From an uncultured Fidelibacterota bacterium (GTDB lineage: Bacteria > Fidelibacterota > Marinisomatia > Marinisomatales > UBA1611): DNA of 45,478 nucleotides. The DNA lies in assembly GCA_913040915.1 (NCBI GenBank), contig CAJWHW010000015.1, positions 1 to 45,478 of the forward strand, read 5' to 3'. The position numbers were made by a program, and so were the translations under genes. Position 1 is the stretch's first letter. Each line of letters starts with the position of its first letter. The notes under the pieces are model-generated. The model searched no databases, was not told the DNA's origin, and saw nothing but the letters and a program-made list of their open reading frames with translations. This document shows positions 41,003 through 45,478 of this stretch, piece after piece.

Positions 41003-41181
41003 TATAATTTTGTTAATTTTATGCGTGGAATTTTCTTAACCAAATTAAAAGGAGGTGATCAGTTGTCTATTTTAAATAATTTGCTGACCTCCAAAGTTTC
41101 AGCAAAATAAATCCACGATGCTGTCTTTAGAGGTCAGCTTCAAAATATAAAAAAGCGCACAGATTAAGTGCGCTTTTTTAT
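41003..41181 (+). ncRNA. Putative small structured transcript containing a 29-codon ORF (41021-41110)
   Basis: TATAAT at 41003-41008, AAAGGAGGTGATC at 41048-41060, a 13/14 inverted repeat at 41083-41096 / 41125-41138, and a terminator at the 3' end. Confidence 0.5.
41147..41181 (+). terminator. Intrinsic terminator
   Basis: ATAAAAAAGCGCAC-AGATTAA-GTGCGCTTTTTTAT, a perfect 14-bp inverted repeat. Confidence 0.85.
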
Positions 41182-41224
41182 TTATTTATGTATTTAGCAT
41201 AAAAATTAATCATGGTACAATGTT

Positions 41225-42448
41225 ATGATGCAAATGCCTTCAATAATTGATACAATCATCATTGGAGCTGGGCCATCAGGACTGGCCTGCGCAATTCAGT
41301 GTCAGAAAAATAATATACCTTTTCTATTAGTTGAACAATCCGAAAGAGTTGGGGGTAGAGTCGGTTCTGTAGAAATAGATGGTTATATTTTTGATCTTGG
41401 TTTTCAGGTTTATAATACTGCCTATGAAATGACTAATATGTTATTGAATCTGGATGAAATAAAGCTCAATCATTTTAAACCAGGTGCAATGATTTATGAT
41501 GGAAATACATTCAAAAGAATATCAGACCCACTCAGAGATTTTAAACATATTTTTTCCACCATACTCTCTGATATCCCCACTTTTCACGATAAATTGAAAA
41601 TATTAAAACTTAAATTTATTCTCAGGGGTTATAAAATAAATCACGATACTAGTTCTGATATTTCCACTTATGAATATCTATTATCTCAAGGGTTTTCAAA
41701 TAGGATCATTGAGATGTTTTTCAAGCCGTTTTTTGCAGGTATTTATTTAGAGAATAAGCTTAAAACATCATCAAAATTTTTTAAATATGTTTTTTCAAAA
41801 TTGAATATCGGTCTGGCATCTTTGCCTGAAAAAGGTATGCAAGCAATACCTGATGATTTATCCAATAAGATAAATGCAAAAAATATAATCATTGGTAAAA
41901 AAGCAGTTAATATTATTGATCAACAAAGTATTAGTTTTGATGATGGCAATATTGTTAATGCAAAAAATGTAGTGCTTACAGGAGAAAGCAGCCACTTGGT
42001 TACTGGTAGGCCTAATCGATATAACTCTATAATAACATTATATTTTTCAACGAATCTTACTCTGTTGCACGGGAAATATATTCATCTTTATCCTTATGAT
42101 GAATTGATAAATAATATCGCTTTTCCCACATCCATATCATCGTCATATTCAAAGGATGGTAAAAATTTGATTTCAGTTAATGTTAAAGAAAACAATATCC
42201 AGAAAAAAGACATCATCAAACATGTACAAAGTAGATTAGCGAAATATTACGGTGGTGAAGTACAACATTATCAATTTTTAAAATCCTTTGAAATAAAAAA
42301 TGGAACTTTTATCCAACTTCCTGGCCATTTTGATCAATTAGAAAAACAAAAAAGAAGTCCTTATATTATTGGTGAAACTCAAATAGTTGGTAGTATTGAA
42401 GGTGCAGTACAATCAGGATTAGAAATGGCAGATAGTCTTATAAATTAA
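41225..42448 (+). CDS. FAD-dependent oxidoreductase (amine oxidase / phytoene desaturase / HemY-like superfamily)
   Basis: IIGAGPSGLACA, E..RVGGRV, FDLGFQVYNTAY, FFKPFFAGIYLE and SIEGAVQSG. Confidence 0.85.
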   Translation: MMQMPSIIDTIIIGAGPSGLACAIQCQKNNIPFLLVEQSERVGGRVGSVEIDGYIFDLGFQVYNTAYEMTNMLLNLDEIKLNHFKPGAMIYDGNTFKRISDPLRDFKHIFSTILSDIPTFHDKLKILKLKFILRGYKINHDTSSDISTYEYLLSQGFSNRIIEMFFKPFFAGIYLENKLKTSSKFFKYVFSKLNIGLASLPEKGMQAIPDDLSNKINAKNIIIGKKAVNIIDQQSISFDDGNIVNAKNVVLTGESSHLVTGRPNRYNSIITLYFSTNLTLLHGKYIHLYPYDELINNIAFPTSISSSYSKDGKNLISVNVKENNIQKKDIIKHVQSRLAKYYGGEVQHYQFLKSFEIKNGTFIQLPGHFDQLEKQKRSPYIIGETQIVGSIEGAVQSGLEMADSLIN

Positions 42449-42536
42449 TTTTGGTTATATGCAGTATCAGAAAAAAACTAAGCCAGGAAAGAATAAATTA
42501 AATCCCGCATTCATGTGTCTTTATATACCAATCAAT

Positions 42537-42567
42537 AAAAAAAGCCCCATTCATTGAAAGGGGCTTT
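42537..42567 (-). terminator. Intrinsic terminator of the oxidase operon
   Basis: AAAGCCCC...GGGGCTTT stem; the A7 run becomes a U tract on the minus strand. Confidence 0.75.
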
Positions 42568-42593
42568 CAAATAATACTTAGCTCCAATATTTC

Positions 42594-43436
42594 CTACCAG
42601 TCATCGTCATCGCCCCAGTCATCATCGTCTCCGGAATCTTCTTCCAGATATTCAGCCTGTTCATCCAACCAGGCTTGATAACCTTCATCATCGTGAACAG
42701 TGAAGAAACCCCGCATCCTGTAATGCCCTAAACCACAAAGCTGGGCGCAGGCAATTTCTAATGATTTTCCTTCCCTTTTTGTTCCAATAGTCGTTTTTAA
42801 GAATTCTTCCGATGTCATGGTTGCAGTAAAATGAACAGGAATAGACATCCCGGGGATAGCATCCTGTGATACTCTTAACTCAGGCAACTTAAAATTATGG
42901 ATCACATCTTTAGAAGTTAAATCAATCCGTATCTTTTTATTGACCGGAATATGGAGTTGGTTAATAGTATAAAAGTCATCTGATGCATTTTCACTGCTAC
43001 GATCTAAACCAATTGGATTTTCCTGCTCATCAACCAGATTAGCTCGGACATCACCAAACTTCCCGTCAGGGCCAGGATAATGAACGTTCCATGCAAATTG
43101 CTGTGCAATTACACGAATATGTTCTGCTTCACTGGGTGCTGGGACATCAGTAACACGGTCAGCCCAAATTGGAAATGCAAAGCCAAAAAGGATAACAATT
43201 TCAATCACTGCAACAGCTGCTTCAGCTAAAGAAGAAAAATGTGATTTAACACCAACATAATCTGATTTCGTATTCTTAGAAGATCGAAACTTGACAAGGC
43301 TAACAATAAAAAATGTTCCCCAGCCTACAAACAATACCAGCATAAGCCAGTGTACTATAGCATTGATTTCATCAATACGTGCGCCTTGCACAGACATATT
43401 AACGGGTAAACCTAAATTATGCAGAATATCAACCAA
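42594..43436 (-). CDS. coxB: Cytochrome c oxidase subunit II (CuA)
   Basis: Two TM helices, QQFAWNVHYPG, SKDVIHNF, DAIPG and CuA motif CAQLCGLGHYRM; TTG start. Confidence 0.92.
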   Translation of the reverse strand: MVDILHNLGLPVNMSVQGARIDEINAIVHWLMLVLFVGWGTFFIVSLVKFRSSKNTKSDYVGVKSHFSSLAEAAVAVIEIVILFGFAFPIWADRVTDVPAPSEAEHIRVIAQQFAWNVHYPGPDGKFGDVRANLVDEQENPIGLDRSSENASDDFYTINQLHIPVNKKIRIDLTSKDVIHNFKLPELRVSQDAIPGMSIPVHFTATMTSEEFLKTTIGTKREGKSLEIACAQLCGLGHYRMRGFFTVHDDEGYQAWLDEQAEYLEEDSGDDDDWGDDDDW

Positions 43437-43450
43437 TAAAAGATCCTCTA

Positions 43451-43681
43451 CTATTTATTCATAATGTTAAATTTTTTTGCTTTTCTACTGATGGATATGA
43501 TTGTGCCAATTACACCACCTAATACACCGCCGGTCACGCCCAGTAATGTAATAATCGCCCAATTCATTCCATTAGATGCGGGAGCACTTGGGTCACCGAA
43601 GCAGGTAGCACATGCATAGACTTGATCCGGAATTGCCAACATCAAAAACAAAAAAATAAAGAATTGTAAGACTCTTTCCAA
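43451..43681 (-). CDS. Small membrane protein with CxxC right after a signal-like segment
   Basis: Hydrophobic N-terminus, VYA-CATCFGDP, one further TM helix and a basic tail; inside the cox operon. Confidence 0.75.
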   Translation of the reverse strand: MERVLQFFIFLFLMLAIPDQVYACATCFGDPSAPASNGMNWAIITLLGVTGGVLGGVIGTIISISRKAKKFNIMNK

Positions 43682-43684
43682 TTA

Positions 43685-43882
43685 TTAAACCTGTTTAAAT
43701 TTTTTAAGCATAGATAATCCGTAGACAATCAATCCAGTAGTCACTAAAAATGAAAAACCAGAAAGGAGCACAGAAGTCATTCCCGGGGTGGTTGGATTTG
43801 TTATTTCAAAATATCCATAATATGCTGTAATGAGAATGGAAACAACGATGAAAAAGAGATGGAATTGTTTTAGTGAAATCAT
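43685..43882 (-). CDS. Small two-TM hypothetical protein in the cox operon
   Basis: MISLKQFHLFFI...; ATGA overlap with the subunit IV gene. Confidence 0.7.
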   Translation of the reverse strand: MISLKQFHLFFIVVSILITAYYGYFEITNPTTPGMTSVLLSGFSFLVTTGLIVYGLSMLKKFKQV

Positions 43883-44184
43883 GACATTCTAGCGTGGTCC
43901 GTTTCAGTGATTATTGGTAAAAACATACAAATAAGAAAGAATACGAATGTGAGACATAGGATCCAGACAATTGTTTGTTTTTCATCAATAAGATGCATGA
44001 AGTAGCCTGCCACGAGACTGGCTTTCACAGTAGCTATGACAAGTGCCAGAAATATGGCTTCTGTTTCTGAAACATTTAAATATGATGCTGCAACTGTTAA
44101 TACCGTTAAAACACCCAAAGCACCAAATATAGTTAAATAAACTTTAATGTGCTCTTCCCAATGTCCGTGATCTTGATCGCTCAT
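43879..44184 (-). CDS. coxD: Prokaryotic cytochrome c oxidase subunit IV (CtaF-like)
   Basis: Starts MSDQDHGH at 44184. YLTIFGALGVLTVLTV and IATVKASLVAGYFMHL. Confidence 0.88.
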   Translation of the reverse strand: MSDQDHGHWEEHIKVYLTIFGALGVLTVLTVAASYLNVSETEAIFLALVIATVKASLVAGYFMHLIDEKQTIVWILCLTFVFFLICMFLPIITETDHARMS

Positions 44185-44192
44185 TTGGTCCT

Positions 44193-44792
44193 CTAGAGTA
44201 GGTAAAGGATCGGGAATAGAAATATCCAAACCAGGTCCACAAAGTGCCAGTATAATCCGGCAACTTCAATTCTATTTGTAAATTGTTCAGGTTCCGTGTG
44301 CCACATTTTATTTCCTGCAGGAAGCCAAAAATAAGCCATGACAAACATACCGCCCACAATATGAAGTCCATGTAATCCAGTAAGAGTAAAATAAATTCCC
44401 ATAAAAGTACTGGATGAAGGGTAGATTCCATGGTGAAACTTTCCAGTGTACTCAAAATATTTTATAACCAAAAATATCAGTGCACATAGTAATGTAAGCC
44501 CCATATAAAGTTTATATTTCTCAAAATCTTTAATTTTTAAGGAGACCCATGACATTATAACAGTCACACTGGAAGAGATTAAAACCAATGTATTTATAGT
44601 TGCTAATGGGACACTCAACTTTGAACCCCAGTAAGCAAAATCACCTACAGGTGCTGCCATTCTAAGAAAGACATATGCAGAGAAAAGACCTCCAAAAAGC
44701 ATAATTTCAGAAGCCAGGAACACCCAGATTCCCAGTTTGGAATTATTTAGACCAGTATCTGGTCTTTCTTCAATAGTATATGGTATTTGCAC
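44193..44792 (-). CDS. coxC: Cytochrome c oxidase subunit III (short five-TM type)
   Basis: KLGIWVFLASEIMLFGGLF, LTGLHGLHI and GLYWHFVDLVWIFLFP. Confidence 0.93.
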   Translation of the reverse strand: MQIPYTIEERPDTGLNNSKLGIWVFLASEIMLFGGLFSAYVFLRMAAPVGDFAYWGSKLSVPLATINTLVLISSSVTVIMSWVSLKIKDFEKYKLYMGLTLLCALIFLVIKYFEYTGKFHHGIYPSSSTFMGIYFTLTGLHGLHIVGGMFVMAYFWLPAGNKMWHTEPEQFTNRIEVAGLYWHFVDLVWIFLFPILYLL

Positions 44793-44804
44793 CGTCAGAT
44801 CCTT

Positions 44805-45478
44805 TTATTTTTCTGTTTGCGGTGAGAAATCTTTTTCAGCACCAGGAACGCTGTATTCATAAGGGCCGCGATATACTTTTAATTCGCCTTCAAAATTTGC
44901 ATGAGGAACGGGTGGTGAAGGTGCCGACCATTCGATTGTGGTTGCTTCCCATGGATTGCGGTCAACTTTTTCTCCATTAAAAATAGATAGAAAAAAGTTA
45001 ACGAAGAACGGAATTTGAGCTGCAGCCAGACAAAAGGCAGAAATAGACATAAATTCATTCCACTGTAACACATCCTGCGCATGTGCATAGAGTTGCCCGC
45101 CATCATATAGGCGACGGGATACACCTGCCAATCCTTGAATAAACATGGGCATAAAAATACCATTCATAAAAATTAAGGAAGGCCAAAAATGAAGTTTACC
45201 TAGTGATTCACTCATTTTTTTCCCGGTAGCTTTTGGAAACCAATAATAAATTCCTGCAAATAACGCAAAAATTGTTCCCGGGGCCACCACATAGTGAAAA
45301 TGTCCAATAACGTAATATGTATCATGCAGATGAATATCTGAAGCACCAACACCCAGAGGCAGTCCTGTTAGGCCACCAATGCCAAACATAGGTAAAAATG
45401 CCAATGCAAATAACATGGGTGTGGTAAAGCGGATAGAAGCCCCCCAGAGTGAAATAAAAAATGCAGTCAGAATAACAA
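44805..45478 (-). CDS. coxA: Heme-copper oxidase subunit I, 5' part outside the window
   Basis: Frame is open to the window edge. GGLTG, HLHDTYYVIGHFHYV (Mg and heme ligands), GVSRR and NPWEATTIEW. Confidence 0.93.
   Translation of the reverse strand, partial: VILTAFFISLWGASIRFTTPMLFALAFLPMFGIGGLTGLPLGVGASDIHLHDTYYVIGHFHYVVAPGTIFALFAGIYYWFPKATGKKMSESLGKLHFWPSLIFMNGIFMPMFIQGLAGVSRRLYDGGQLYAHAQDVLQWNEFMSISAFCLAAAQIPFFVNFFLSIFNGEKVDRNPWEATTIEWSAPSPPVPHANFEGELKVYRGPYEYSVPGAEKDFSPQTEK

Noticed and set aside
41048..41060. 16S rRNA gene or fragment on the minus strand
   Set aside because: Similarity is limited to the terminal 13 nt; the adjoining sequence does not continue as 16S helix 45.
41021..41110. 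Type I toxin-antitoxin toxin
   Set aside because: The sequestered-SD architecture fits, but the peptide has no hydrophobic TM stretch and I found no clear antisense promoter.
40734..42600. Integrative element at tRNA-Leu
   Set aside because: No integrase, no att-like duplication of the tRNA 3' end, and no mobile genes.

Overview
AT-rich bacterial chromosome segment, mostly core genes. The C-terminal 'PNPFNP...GIYLYRL...RKMILMK' sorting domain, the Bacteroidota-like ATP synthase c subunit and SecA tail, and the low GC suggest the FCB superphylum, probably Ca. Marinimicrobia (inference, not verified). Content in order: partial tRNA-Arg(UCU); a 75-aa tandem-repeat basic protein; a single-POTRA Omp85; plsY with a FakA-FakB (DAK2-DegV) fusion; ogt; secDF; kbl-tdh; parA-parB-M23 peptidase-bactofilin running into a complete F1Fo atp operon; aspS; fetB-bfd-bfr with two Fur-like boxes; phoH-thiolase-acyl-CoA dehydrogenase-ilvE-nusB-secA-transsulfuration enzyme; a ~1130-aa secreted protein; tRNA-Leu(UAG); an FAD oxidoreductase; and the 3' part of a heme-copper oxidase operon. 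I saw no CRISPR array, phage or transposase. Four candidates stand out. (1) The secreted protein looks like a non-cellulosomal scaffoldin with five cohesin-like modules. (2) The oxidase subunit I appears to lack the K-channel lysine, and its operon has subunit II last, after a CxxC micro-protein. (3) An unannotated ~170-nt unit downstream of tRNA-Leu carries a 13-nt perfect complement of the 16S rRNA 3' end inside a 29-codon ORF, three mutually exclusive pairings and a terminator. (4) The small basic repeat protein has a strong promoter flanked and partly overlapped by a triple 10-bp operator-like repeat.
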